DNA from: a virus
Taxonomy: Duplodnaviria; Caudoviricetes
Strand: one strand, 5' to 3'
IMG/VR virus record: IMGVR_UViG_3300005077_000066
Coordinates: 1 to 34,210 of that record
Length of the DNA stretch: 34,210 nucleotides
The position numbers and the translations under genes are program-made. This document shows positions 26,326 to 34,210 of the stretch, in pieces. Position 1 is the first letter of the stretch; the number at the start of each line of letters is the position of its first letter. The notes under the pieces are model-generated. The model was not told the origin of the DNA. It was given only the letters and a program-made list of their open reading frames with translations, and did no database searches.

Positions 26326-26954
26326 TGATTTTGCCTTTCGATTATTAAAGCCCGGTAATACCCGCGCCATAATTCGACTTTGTTGACTTCAAATTCGGTG
26401 TCCTCATATTCGATTGAATCGTTTGTCGTAATTTCGGTTTTTGTCCATAAGTTTAAGTGACGCCTTTCCTTGTCATACTCTGGCAATTGCTCAATTTCCT
26501 TGCCAGTCAAGGGCTGCACGTTGGCGCTTATTTCGGTTTCGGTCAAAACCCCTTGACGATAATTCCCGAGATTGTCATATCCCCGGCCTGTTATTTCAAC
26601 GGTGACAGTTACATCTACAAGCAATATTTTTAAGCCGGACGTCGCGACTTCAAATTTCATTTTGTCGGTGTTCCCGTCAACGCCTTGAAAAGTGATTTCA
26701 AATCCGTCGCTGTAATCGCCGCCGACGTCAATATCGTTTATCCCTGACAAAAGCAAAAGGGCCGCCTTTACCGCCGCCGCATCTGCGTTATAATCAAGCC
26801 ATGTAGTCGTTTCATGATCGTAACCAATACGCCAAGTCCCGACCGTCGGAACGGCCGAGAAAGTAATCGTTTGTTGCATGTCTTGAGTCAAAAGCTTCGC
26901 CGCCTGTACCCTCATCAATTCGCAATCGCCTATTTTCCCAAATTCAAAGCTCAT
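26322..26954 (-). CDS. Head closure (stopper) protein with inserted domain
   Basis: C-terminal ANVQPLTGKEIEQLPE..DSIEYEDTEFEV; N-terminal insertion paralogous to the sheath insertion. Confidence 0.75.
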   Translation of the reverse strand: MSFEFGKIGDCELMRVQAAKLLTQDMQQTITFSAVPTVGTWRIGYDHETTTWLDYNADAAAVKAALLLLSGINDIDVGGDYSDGFEITFQGVDGNTDKMKFEVATSGLKILLVDVTVTVEITGRGYDNLGNYRQGVLTETEISANVQPLTGKEIEQLPEYDKERRHLNLWTKTEITTNDSIEYEDTEFEVNKVELWRGYYRALIIERQNQ

Positions 26955-27478
26955 TATTTCCCCGCCGGGTTTTTATTGACCTTGCTTTTAACCTTGTTGA
27001 CTTCCGCTTGCCAGCCGATCGCCCTCAAAAGAGTCCCCGACGCAATAAGCGGCCGGGTCGTCCAGCCCCGATTAAAGCTTTTTCTCAAAGTTGTACTCGG
27101 CGCATTAGGCGCGGCCCATGCAATCGAATTTAATATTTGCCCCTGTATTTCAATTGCGATGCGCGTCCCAAGCGCTCCGAGGGCTGTTTCAGTCGTCTTT
27201 TTTAAAGTCAAAACGTCGCCCCATAATGATTTTGTCAATTGACGAAAGGCCCCGCCCTTTGCGTCGATTGTTGATCTCATGAACGGCCGGGACGGGATTC
27301 GACTTGTCCCGTACTCGTTCCAAAAAGCGACTTGGGATATAAGAACCTTTGATTTTTCGTAAGTCCCCGCCCCCTTGTGTATCCCGATCGTCACCTGAGC
27401 GTTGTTAGTGTTTTCAATTTCCTTGATAATTTTTTTATAACCCCGGTCTTTTATTACGGTTTTTGCTTTACCTTTCAT
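26954..27478 (-). CDS. Neck / virion morphogenesis protein
   Basis: AFWNEYGT..IPSRPFMR, PNAPST, PLIASGTL. Confidence 0.85.
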   Translation of the reverse strand: MKGKAKTVIKDRGYKKIIKEIENTNNAQVTIGIHKGAGTYEKSKVLISQVAFWNEYGTSRIPSRPFMRSTIDAKGGAFRQLTKSLWGDVLTLKKTTETALGALGTRIAIEIQGQILNSIAWAAPNAPSTTLRKSFNRGWTTRPLIASGTLLRAIGWQAEVNKVKSKVNKNPAGK

Positions 27479-27872
27479 TGTCTTGAAAACCCCGCTCGAA
27501 AGCTGGCTCGACCCGGTCGGTGTCCGTTTCGTTTGCGGTTTTTTCTGACTCTGAAATGCCGCCGACCCATACCGCGCCGCTTGCTTGTGTCGCGACTTTT
27601 GCTTTTAATCTGGAAATAAGCTTTTCATACTGATTGACTAAATTAGAATATTGAACCGAAACCGAGCCGACCGTTTGAGTAACGTATCCGGCATATTTGG
27701 CAAGCAAAGCCTCGGCGCATTTCAAGGCGCAAACAAGCGGGTCTGAATAATCGGCAAGCATGGCGTCGATCTCGTTATCGGAAAGCCGCTCAAGCGTCGC
27801 ATCGTTCGACGTGTCCCCGATATAAAAACGTACCTTGTCCCGGTCTGTCGCTAAAGTATTGTCATACGACAT
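27468..27872 (-). CDS. Head-tail adaptor
   Basis: DKVRFYIGDT..LSDNEI..VGSVSVQY. Confidence 0.8.
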   Translation of the reverse strand: MSYDNTLATDRDKVRFYIGDTSNDATLERLSDNEIDAMLADYSDPLVCALKCAEALLAKYAGYVTQTVGSVSVQYSNLVNQYEKLISRLKAKVATQASGAVWVGGISESEKTANETDTDRVEPAFERGFQDNER

Positions 27873-28313
27873 TTATTTTGACCCTTTCTTTTTTCGGCCT
27901 ATTTTCCATTTTGGTTTTTCATCGACTTTTGGCTCAACTGGCTTTTCGGCCTCGACCTTTACCTTGCCCTCTGTCGGCTCGACAAGCTTTTCAGCCTCGG
28001 CCGCCTTTGCTTCCTCGGCCGCCTTTGCCTTTGCTATCTCGTCTTTGAGCCGTCCATATTTCGGCTTTGCGGTCGATTCAAGGTCTTTTTTAATGCCCTC
28101 TAATACTTCCGGGGCGTTCTCTTTGTCGACCACTATTACCTTTTCAATCCAGCCGACACGCGACGACGTCAAGCGCTCAAAGGCCCTTGCGTCCATTGCG
28201 TCGCTTGGGATTTCCTCGCCGACCCCATATATTTTTAACTGGCCCGTTTCCTTGTTGGGAACCTTAACTGCCCTTTTTGCAAAATACTTATAACTGTAAT
28301 TTTTAACGCCCAT
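27873..28313 (-). CDS. Hypothetical Lys/Glu-rich protein after the capsid gene
   Basis: 146 aa ORF in operon; low-complexity C-terminus. Confidence 0.7.
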   Translation of the reverse strand: MGVKNYSYKYFAKRAVKVPNKETGQLKIYGVGEEIPSDAMDARAFERLTSSRVGWIEKVIVVDKENAPEVLEGIKKDLESTAKPKYGRLKDEIAKAKAAEEAKAAEAEKLVEPTEGKVKVEAEKPVEPKVDEKPKWKIGRKKKGSK

Positions 28314-28339
28314 TTTAAAACCTCGCTTTCATTGTTAAC

Positions 28340-28374
28340 AAAAAGGGCGAGGCGAGATAATCCGCCCCGCCCTC
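28340..28374 (-). terminator. Intrinsic terminator after the major capsid gene
   Basis: GAGGGCGGGGCG-loop-CGCCUCGCCCUU followed by a U tract. Confidence 0.8.
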
Positions 28375-28398
28375 AAAGGACTAAAACCCGCGTGACGA

Positions 28399-29355
28399 TT
28401 AAGTCATACAGCCGTCGAAATAAACCCCGCAATCCGCACAAACCTGAACCGGGTCGGCAAGAATGCTTCCGTCAAAATGCCAAGCTTTTGTTTTGTCGTC
28501 CCAATATTTTTCGATTCTCACGCCGAACTCATTGCCGCCGTGAGGCTGATTGACTACCGAGTATCCGGCGCTTGGAACAAGCAAATTCGGCGACGGTGTC
28601 GCGTAAAGTAAAAGCGCGTCGGCCGTTCCGAATATATGCCCGACAACGTCTGTCGCTCCTTTTTTGGCGGAATTGTAAACCGCCTTTGCGACAAGGTACA
28701 TGTCGACTTCAAAAAGAATGGCCATAACGCTATTGGGTATCACGTCCCGCTCGTTCGCTCCTAATGAACCCCTTATGTCGGCATTCGCCTTGAGCGCTCC
28801 GTCCACGTCCGGCGTAACGATTAAGATGTTCGGGTCAAATCCGGTCTTTGCCTGAATTGACCGGGCCTGTAACTTGACATCCTCAATCGGTGTCGAGCTT
28901 GCGGCGTCCCACTTTGTGCCGGGCGTTATGTCCGAGCCTGTCGTCGACCCTGTCCATTTTGAAGTTGTGAAAAACTCGGATGCAAACTGTCTTTCATACT
29001 TGATAAGACATTTCTGCGTCACAAACTCGGTGATTGTAACATCGCTTGTCGCTCTGGCCTTATCCCTGTTCCGATTACGCCTCGGGACTTTATGTTTCGC
29101 GGCGTATTCTTCACAAAGAAAAGTCCCCGAGCTTACGTCAAAATCGGAGTCCGGGAATTCTACCCCGGGCGCTACGATCTCGGCGGTATCCCGGTACATG
29201 TCGCCCTTGTCAAATATGTAGTATATCCCGGCTTCGTCGTCTACCGACACGCGAGGAAATACTTTCATTGCGATAAAATTTGCTTTGTCCTGTAAATACG
29301 CGACCGACGCAGTTGTTAGCGGCGCGCTGTAACTAATATCTGCTCCTTGTGGCAT
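28399..29355 (-). CDS. Major capsid protein
   Basis: 318 aa; LTTASVAY..FIAMKVFPRV, PIEDV..TGFDPN, PSAGY; after scaffold and decoration genes; followed by a terminator. Confidence 0.9.
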   Translation of the reverse strand: MPQGADISYSAPLTTASVAYLQDKANFIAMKVFPRVSVDDEAGIYYIFDKGDMYRDTAEIVAPGVEFPDSDFDVSSGTFLCEEYAAKHKVPRRNRNRDKARATSDVTITEFVTQKCLIKYERQFASEFFTTSKWTGSTTGSDITPGTKWDAASSTPIEDVKLQARSIQAKTGFDPNILIVTPDVDGALKANADIRGSLGANERDVIPNSVMAILFEVDMYLVAKAVYNSAKKGATDVVGHIFGTADALLLYATPSPNLLVPSAGYSVVNQPHGGNEFGVRIEKYWDDKTKAWHFDGSILADPVQVCADCGVYFDGCMT

Positions 29356-29393
29356 GGTTTCCCCCTATTTAAAAATTAATTTCATTTTTCCAA

Positions 29394-30128
29394 TTAGCAA
29401 GAATACTCGATTACGAGTGTCCCGGCGCCCTCGATAAATGTCGTTGTTGAGCTTGCTTCGACGCTGATTGTATCCGATGCCCCGAAAGTGTTGTTCGCCG
29501 TGATTGCAGTCCCGGCAATGACCGCGCCTAGCGGCGTGCATGCGGCCGATGTCAACGAAACAACGCCGCCCGTGACGTTCGTTGTCCCAATCTCAAGGTT
29601 GAGCGCCGATGCCTTTGCCGCCGTTGTTACTGGCGTTTCCTGAACCCAGAAAACCTTTGTAATCGTTCCGGCAAATCCCGGTGTAAAAGCCGTTATGATG
29701 TCGCCGTTTGCTATCAAGGCCATGTTCAGATAAAACGACCATGCGCCATAATTGACCGATGCGCCCGCAACGTTTGAACATGTTATCAAAGCCAAAAATG
29801 CTTGATTTGCGCTGGCGCCCTCAAGTGCTATGCCGATAACCTTGTTTGTCCCGGTATGCGGCACGGCTTTCCCGTTTGCATCGGACATCAAAGCGTTTCC
29901 GGCGGTAACGGTATTGCCCGCGTATACAAGGCAAACGCCGTTATGAACCAAAACGCAAGGTTTCCCGGACGCTGGCTCATTTACCAAAACACCGATTGCG
30001 GCCTCGCCAGCCCCGCAAAGGACTGCTTGTCTGGCGGTCGAATCAGCCTTTAATATATAAAACTGTTTCGCCGAGTAATCTGCGGCCGCTTTCAAAAAGC
30101 CTGTACTAAAATTTATCTGCGATTCCAT
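29394..30128 (-). CDS. Capsid decoration/cement protein (DUF2190-like) with extra C-terminal domain
   Basis: AIGVLVNEP..AGNALMSDANGKAV..IGIALE N-domain plus ~120 aa Thr/Ala-rich beta domain. Confidence 0.75.
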   Translation of the reverse strand: MESQINFSTGFLKAAADYSAKQFYILKADSTARQAVLCGAGEAAIGVLVNEPASGKPCVLVHNGVCLVYAGNTVTAGNALMSDANGKAVPHTGTNKVIGIALEGASANQAFLALITCSNVAGASVNYGAWSFYLNMALIANGDIITAFTPGFAGTITKVFWVQETPVTTAAKASALNLEIGTTNVTGGVVSLTSAACTPLGAVIAGTAITANNTFGASDTISVEASSTTTFIEGAGTLVIEYSC

Positions 30129-30174
30129 TTTTCCCCCTATGGTTTAAATTTATTATTTGCAAGATAAGCCCGGC

Positions 30175-30966
30175 TTAAAGCTTTTCGTAAAGCTCGGGAT
30201 TCTCTCTTATAATCTCCGTGTATGCCCTTTCGTAAGTCATTTTCTTTTCGACCGAGCGGGCCTTTGCCATTTTTTCAATGGACTTCAAGGCGTCGCTTGT
30301 GTCGCCCTCGGCGCTCGTTCCTTTTTCGTCAAATAACGCCGATTTCTCAACTGCGGCCTCGTATGACTTGAGCATATTATCAAGCTTGTCGAATGTTTCC
30401 TTATTCACGCCCTTGCTAATCTCAATAAGTAAATTAGCAAGCTCACCCGATTGCATCCCTGAATTTTTGAAAGTTTCGGCCTTTACGACAAACCCTTTTT
30501 TAAGGCTTTCGGCCTCGATTGCCTCGAGCCTTTTTTCAAGTTTTTCCTTTTCTGCTTTGGTATCTTTTAAAGCCTTTTCTATTTCCTCTTTTTTTTCATC
30601 CTCATTAATGGCGGCGGAATTGTCCTTGCCCGGCTCACCCTCGCCGCTTTTATCGCCATCGCCCTCGGCGGCCTTTCCCGGCTCGTCCTCTTTGAGCGTT
30701 TCCATAAAAACCTTTAAAACCTTGTCGCTTGCCTTTGGTATCGCAAGCATTGCGGTCAATAGGTCTTTGTCCTCATCGGAAAGTTTGTGCTTTTCGACAA
30801 GTTCCTTTATTTCGTCGGCGGGTATTTCGACCTTTGACAATTTTTCGATAAGTTCTTTCATTGCCCTATTCCCCCTTTTTAAAATTAAAAAAGATTCTTT
30901 GACGGCTCCATTATCGACAAATGAAACCTCGTTTACGTCGTAATTAAATAAATCAAATTCTTGCAT
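30175..30966 (-). CDS. Scaffolding protein with N-terminal protease-like EVSFVD segment; internal start at 30861
   Basis: Charged coiled coil ending ENPELY; second SD AAAGGGGG/AGGG before ATG 30861. Confidence 0.8.
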   Translation of the reverse strand: MQEFDLFNYDVNEVSFVDNGAVKESFLILKRGNRAMKELIEKLSKVEIPADEIKELVEKHKLSDEDKDLLTAMLAIPKASDKVLKVFMETLKEDEPGKAAEGDGDKSGEGEPGKDNSAAINEDEKKEEIEKALKDTKAEKEKLEKRLEAIEAESLKKGFVVKAETFKNSGMQSGELANLLIEISKGVNKETFDKLDNMLKSYEAAVEKSALFDEKGTSAEGDTSDALKSIEKMAKARSVEKKMTYERAYTEIIRENPELYEKL

Positions 30967-30972
30967 GTTTCA

Positions 30973-31002
30973 ATTATTGTTGATTATAAAAAAATAAGTC
31001 AA
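30973..31002 (-). promoter_or_regulatory. Putative late promoter TTGACT-18-AATAAT; leaderless start at 30966
   Basis: Same geometry as the terS promoter (6 nt from -10 to ATG). Confidence 0.5.
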
Positions 31003-31007
31003 GTTAT

Positions 31008-31442
31008 TTAAGGCCGGGGCTGTCTTTGTGCATACCCGCCAGCCGAATAAGCCGTGTAATGCCCGGCCTTGATTGCATACCAAAGCGATTCGCTCAATAC
31101 TTTTGACGTAATGAGCCATGTTCCTTTTGCTATCGCCCGGCCCGCGATATTCATATCGACCGGGGCGATATAACTCTCGACCGGGACGGCGTCGGCCTTG
31201 TTTTCGTGTTGCTCGCCCATGTTGCGGTAATGTAGCATAAAGCCGTGAGCCGTTTTCTCGATCTCGTCAGCGGTCATGATGTCCCCGTGTCCGTCCGGGA
31301 CGTCCGGCTTTAATACAATACCCGTTACGAGCCTTTTTTCGGTGTCCGTCGCCTCTTTGAGTATCTCGACCATTTTGACGACTGGCGGCTCAATGTTTTT
31401 TTTCATTGCCGCGATTATTAAGTCAATGCTTTTGCGTTCCAT
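31008..31442 (-). CDS. XkdF-like prohead serine protease
   Basis: EKRLVTGIVLKPD.PDGHGD..EIEKTAHGFM..EQH..VESYIAP..KGTW..AYSAGG. Confidence 0.9.
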   Translation of the reverse strand: MERKSIDLIIAAMKKNIEPPVVKMVEILKEATDTEKRLVTGIVLKPDVPDGHGDIMTADEIEKTAHGFMLHYRNMGEQHENKADAVPVESYIAPVDMNIAGRAIAKGTWLITSKVLSESLWYAIKAGHYTAYSAGGYAQRQPRP

Positions 31443-31450
31443 TTTTCCCC

Positions 31451-31750
31451 CTATTCGGCCGGAGTCGGTATCGTTTGCTTTGCTTCCGGCGTCGGTTTTG
31501 TTTCCGGCTCCGGGTCTTTTCCGACCTCGTCGGCAAATAATATCAAATCGCTTGTTTTGACGATCTTGCATCTTATCCCCGGGATAATCAACAATGTTTT
31601 TTCACTATAACAAAGCATTATTTCTTTTGAGTCCGGGACGTCAAGCCGGGGCATGTCGTCGGCCGCCGCCCTAAAAGCGCATAAAAAAGCAATTACAATT
31701 AAAATCAAAAGGGCGAGTACAGCCAGAAAGTCGGATTTCATTGTGTCCAT
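31451..31750 (-). CDS. Hypothetical secreted/membrane protein in the head module
   Basis: Hydrophobic N-terminus ending AAA; Pro/Thr-rich tail; SD AAAGGGG. Confidence 0.6.
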   Translation of the reverse strand: MDTMKSDFLAVLALLILIVIAFLCAFRAAADDMPRLDVPDSKEIMLCYSEKTLLIIPGIRCKIVKTSDLILFADEVGKDPEPETKPTPEAKQTIPTPAE

Positions 31751-31763
31751 ATTAAGCCCCTTT

Positions 31764-32714
31764 CTATTTTTCAAAAACCATGCGCATAACGCATCGGCAA
31801 TTCGGATGCAAGGGCGGCGAGTCGATCGCCCCAAACGCCCCGCTTTGAAAAACATCGTTTATTTTTACCTGTTCTCGGTTAAGTTCTTGACAATGTTCGC
31901 ATAAAACGTCGTCCGGCGTGACAATCCATTCTTTTTTGACGTTTTGCTCGTCAATAAACCCGGCGTCGGCGGCCTGTTCCCAAGTCGCTTGTTGCCCGCG
32001 CATTACCGATGCGACGCTCTCTGTCCGGCTTATCATTTCGGCCCTGTACTTTATGGCCCGGCTTTCATACTGGCCGACGAGCTTGTCAATTTGACGTTTC
32101 CCGAGGCCGTCGTTTATCAAATTGAGCCTATAACGCCCCAATGCGACCGCTTGCCTTTGGTTTAATCCTATTGACCCTCTAATCGCCTTTGCCGCTTCGT
32201 GGGGCGCATATCCGCGTTCATAATACATAGCGGTCACGTCCTGAACGGCCTTGACGCCCTCGGCTTCCATCCGGCCGACAAGCCAATCGACCCTTTGGTT
32301 TATCCAAAACGAAACCCTCGGATTGTCTAAAGTAAACGGGATTTCGACCTCTGTTATTTCAGGGATTATCCGCCTAACCGCTTCGACAAAAAACTCCTTT
32401 TCAGCCTTTCCCCCTCGAATAACCCCTTTGCCAAGCCCCCCTTTTAATTGTTCGCGAAAGTCGGTATCTATTTTGTCCCAATTTATTATTTGTGCGTTTA
32501 TTAAATGCAGTTTCCCGGATTCGATTGCGTCGACGATCTCGTATAAATTGACATGCGATTTCATTGCCTCAAAGCCCTTGACCAGCCCGGCCCTCATAAC
32601 CGGGACTAAAGAGTCGGCGACGTTTTGCAGTATTTCATATTGAACCCGCCGGGACGCCTTGACCAGTTTTAAGGCTGGCTTAACGTCAATAACTGCTTTT
32701 TTGAATTTTAGCAT
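31764..32714 (-). CDS. Head morphogenesis protein (Mu gpF / SPP1 gp7 family)
   Basis: RAEMISRTE, KKEW..CEHC, PPLHPNCRC. Confidence 0.92.
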   Translation of the reverse strand: MLKFKKAVIDVKPALKLVKASRRVQYEILQNVADSLVPVMRAGLVKGFEAMKSHVNLYEIVDAIESGKLHLINAQIINWDKIDTDFREQLKGGLGKGVIRGGKAEKEFFVEAVRRIIPEITEVEIPFTLDNPRVSFWINQRVDWLVGRMEAEGVKAVQDVTAMYYERGYAPHEAAKAIRGSIGLNQRQAVALGRYRLNLINDGLGKRQIDKLVGQYESRAIKYRAEMISRTESVASVMRGQQATWEQAADAGFIDEQNVKKEWIVTPDDVLCEHCQELNREQVKINDVFQSGAFGAIDSPPLHPNCRCVMRMVFEK

Positions 32715-34042
32715 TATTCAGTAATACCCTGTATTTTGGGAAGTCCGGCGGCCGTGCGAATATAGTTTTCAAGGTTTTCGTCCGGGAATAGCGGCATCCC
32801 GGCCATTGACAAAGCCGAAAGCGCCGTCGCAATGCCCTGTAAGTCGATGCTTTCAATGTCGCCGTGCTTAAACTCGGGATATTTTTCTCGTTTCATTCCG
32901 TTGATCTCAAAGAGCCTCGGGACTGCATACGAATTAAGAACGGCCGCAATGCTATCGGCATAGGCCCCAAGCGCGGTCGCAAATATTTCGGTCTTATTTG
33001 ACGAAAGCGCAAAAGACCCGACCTTTTCATGACCAAGTAAAATAAAATCCGCCAAAACCGACATTGCAATTTCTTGCTTTTTTCGATTTATGATTTCGTT
33101 TGTATTGAAAAGCCTCGACCCGGACGTCGACAAAAGCTTTAAATTGAAAAGCGGGTTTCCTTTATCGTCCGTATCGGACGGTAAAATCGCCCCGGCATTT
33201 TCGTCGTTTTTTATGTCCTCGATAATATCTTTTAGCGATTCGTAAAGGGCCGATTCTTTTGACCCGGCGCCAGCGCCCATAATTTCGGACGGGCAAGTTA
33301 TTACCGGGATGCCCGCAAGGTCGCGTTCGACGCCTATCGCCTCGATTTCCTCAATTTGCTTTTTGAAATACCATGACCGATAAGCCCGGCGCAAAATGCT
33401 TTCGCCCTCGGGATTGTTTTTGTACGTCGACATCCTGAAAAGCAAACCCTTTTCAATCGGGATTTCGTAATATTTAAAATTGTTCGGGTCTTGCTGAACA
33501 AGGGCCTTGAGGCCGCCGTCGTCGTCCATTACCCACTTGAAAAGCGTATCTTGTGACCTTATGGCAAACTTGCGCCAGCCGATTTTATTGTCGTTATATT
33601 TCGACCTTTTCGACCCGTCGGTCTGATCTTGCCCGGCCCGGCGCTTGTAAACGGTTTCAAAAAACGACCAGCCGTAAGTCGCCATTGACATGACCTCGCT
33701 TATGAAGTCGCCCCAAGTATGCGACATGTCCCCTTGACATCCTTTTAAAAATTCTCCGTCGTCCCGGCTTTGCGGCGTTTCGTCGGCTGGCTGTACGTTC
33801 CAATCAATTTGACGTATTAGCATTGTAATTGCAAATAAGACCGAGCCGACCGTCGAGTCGTTCTTTGACATTTCCTTATAAACCTTGACCGCCTTATCGC
33901 CTTTAAGCTCTGTCAAAAACTCATCGTCCGAGCGCCCGACCGACATGCGATTTCCCGAAACGCCGATTTCCCCGAAAGGCTGCTTTGTTGCCGCTTGTTT
34001 TTTTATTTTAAAAAAATTCCGTACCGTGTCGGTTATTGACAT
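32714..34042 (-). CDS. Portal protein
   Basis: NNPEGESILRRAYRSWYFKK..EAIGVERDLAGIP, GSFALS; follows terL; start MSITD at 34042. Confidence 0.92.
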   Translation of the reverse strand: MSITDTVRNFFKIKKQAATKQPFGEIGVSGNRMSVGRSDDEFLTELKGDKAVKVYKEMSKNDSTVGSVLFAITMLIRQIDWNVQPADETPQSRDDGEFLKGCQGDMSHTWGDFISEVMSMATYGWSFFETVYKRRAGQDQTDGSKRSKYNDNKIGWRKFAIRSQDTLFKWVMDDDGGLKALVQQDPNNFKYYEIPIEKGLLFRMSTYKNNPEGESILRRAYRSWYFKKQIEEIEAIGVERDLAGIPVITCPSEIMGAGAGSKESALYESLKDIIEDIKNDENAGAILPSDTDDKGNPLFNLKLLSTSGSRLFNTNEIINRKKQEIAMSVLADFILLGHEKVGSFALSSNKTEIFATALGAYADSIAAVLNSYAVPRLFEINGMKREKYPEFKHGDIESIDLQGIATALSALSMAGMPLFPDENLENYIRTAAGLPKIQGITE

Positions 34043-34060
34043 AAATATTCCCTCGCCGCA

Positions 34061-34090
34061 ATAATAGCATTGCATTAATTTTTATATCAA
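34061..34090 (-). promoter_or_regulatory. Putative late promoter TTGATA-18-TATTAT for the portal operon
   Basis: Extended -10 (TGC); member of the repeated promoter family. Confidence 0.65.
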
Positions 34091-34210
34091 GATTTTTTCC
34101 ACTTTGAGCTTTTGGCAAAGCTTTCGATTTTAGCGTCGATATTGAACCCGCCCGTCATTTCCTCAAGGCCGTAAACCAGAACATCGAATTGGTCGTCGTT
34201 CGGGGCGTTC
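34087..34210 (-). CDS. terL: Terminase large subunit C-terminus (enters from right edge)
   Basis: NAPNDDQFDVLVYGLEEM...SSKWKKS*; carries the terminal DD..D nuclease motif. Confidence 0.9.
   Translation of the reverse strand, partial: NAPNDDQFDVLVYGLEEMTGGFNIDAKIESFAKSSKWKKS

Noticed and set aside
30278-30943. Long + strand ORFs antisense to structural genes (also 1341-1931, 24669-25190, 27835-28293 and others)
   Set aside because: Ser/Phe-rich shadow frames of Lys/Glu-rich minus-strand genes, with no SD or recognisable motifs.
30967-31007. Readthrough or frameshift fusing protease and scaffold
   Set aside because: The genes are out of frame, the gap is AT-rich with stop codons, and it contains a promoter-like element; separate translation is more parsimonious.

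Overview
The window is an essentially complete ~34.2 kb genome of a small contractile-tailed phage (myovirus-like), opened inside the terminase large-subunit gene. TerL runs off the left end on the minus strand and its C-terminus re-enters at the right end, with an inferred small gap. The minus-strand late operon runs terS-terL-portal-MuF-protease-scaffold-decoration-major capsid-neck-sheath-tube-chaperones-short tape measure-baseplate-fibre module-lysis (NlpC/P60 endolysin, overlapping spanin-like pair, suggesting a diderm host). The early region holds a Bet/RecT annealase, a lambda O-like initiator with an iteron-like ori, a DUF6475-like partner, a VRR-NUC-like nuclease and many small Zn-finger ORFs. 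No integrase, repressor, polymerase, tRNA or CRISPR was recognised. Most unusual: (1) a tail-fibre-position cassette whose virion-type proteins carry Sec or lipoprotein signal peptides; (2) a pseudoknot/attenuator leader with a leader ORF and a nearby opposite-strand sRNA candidate before the initiator; (3) apparent near-absence of GGWGG/CCWCC/CCWGG/GGWCC, extending to the Shine-Dalgarno sites; (4) a split prohead protease; (5) a five-member 18-bp-spacer late promoter family. Family names come from motif recognition and synteny, not database searches.
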